From contig NW_021829832.1 in NCBI RefSeq assembly GCF_006345805.1, positions 895,062-959,061 of the forward strand: DNA of 64,000 bases. Reading direction: 5' to 3'. Below the pieces are notes generated by a model. It did not search any database and was not told the DNA's origin. It was given only the letters and a program-made list of their open reading frames with translations. Below are positions 63,749 through 64,000 of the stretch, one piece after another. This DNA is from Octopus sinensis (taxonomy: Eukaryota). The translations under genes were made by a program, and so were the position numbers. Numbering within the stretch: the first letter of the stretch is position 1; every line of letters begins with the position of its first letter.

Positions 63749-64000
63749 TACTCACTAAATCGACGTCTGACCATTAAATACAGACATATGAAACACTATC
63801 GGAAATTTGATGTGTTAAGACGGAAGTAGGCTTTAAAATAACCTCAGACAACAATTACTGTCATTTCGAATGTTAATCGTTCTGCCCATGATTAAGCATT
63901 TTAGCATTGAACTGACTCCAATTATCCAAACTTGCACAATAATTGAGTCATAACAAGACTTCTCATTAAGTCATATTACCTTTATTGTTTTACAAAACTT

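Larger units (their letters stand above)
52526..64000 (+). repeat. Copy 2 of the segmental duplication (runs off the window end)
   Basis: Matches 28277-39755. Confidence 0.97.

Noticed and set aside
1-64000. tRNA, rRNA, snRNA or spliced-leader genes as targets of the RLE elements
   Set aside because: None recognisable by eye at the element flanks; an Infernal/Rfam scan would be needed to exclude them.

Overview
AT-rich, gene-compact eukaryotic DNA. It is metazoan (follistatin, TRPM, Shaker Kv1, diaphanous formin), probably a reduced parasite such as a myxozoan or dicyemid; the lineage is inference only. Host genes are broken by very many ultra-short introns, mostly 22-32 nt, with almost no signal beyond the terminal dinucleotides. 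At least three need GC-AG boundaries and one appears to be GT-TG. Genes reconstructed by hand: a minimal TIS11/ZFP36-type tandem CCCH protein, SDF2, TBL3/Utp13, a diaphanous formin, a truncated follistatin, TRPM, RPB7, an intronless Kv1, and 2-3 unknown genes. Between them is a dense, nested set of decayed transposons: CRE-like and R4/Dong-like RLE retrotransposons, APE LINEs, RTE-like, hAT/Buster, Ginger-like integrase plus MITE, Helitron, Tc1 and pogo remnants. A near-full-length CRE-like element has an N-terminal PHD finger and a ~23-bp TSD next to a perfect AT-rich hairpin. A block of >=11.5 kb (28277-39755) recurs almost identically at 52526-64000, either a very recent duplication or an assembly artefact. 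All exon structures are manual predictions without RNA evidence.
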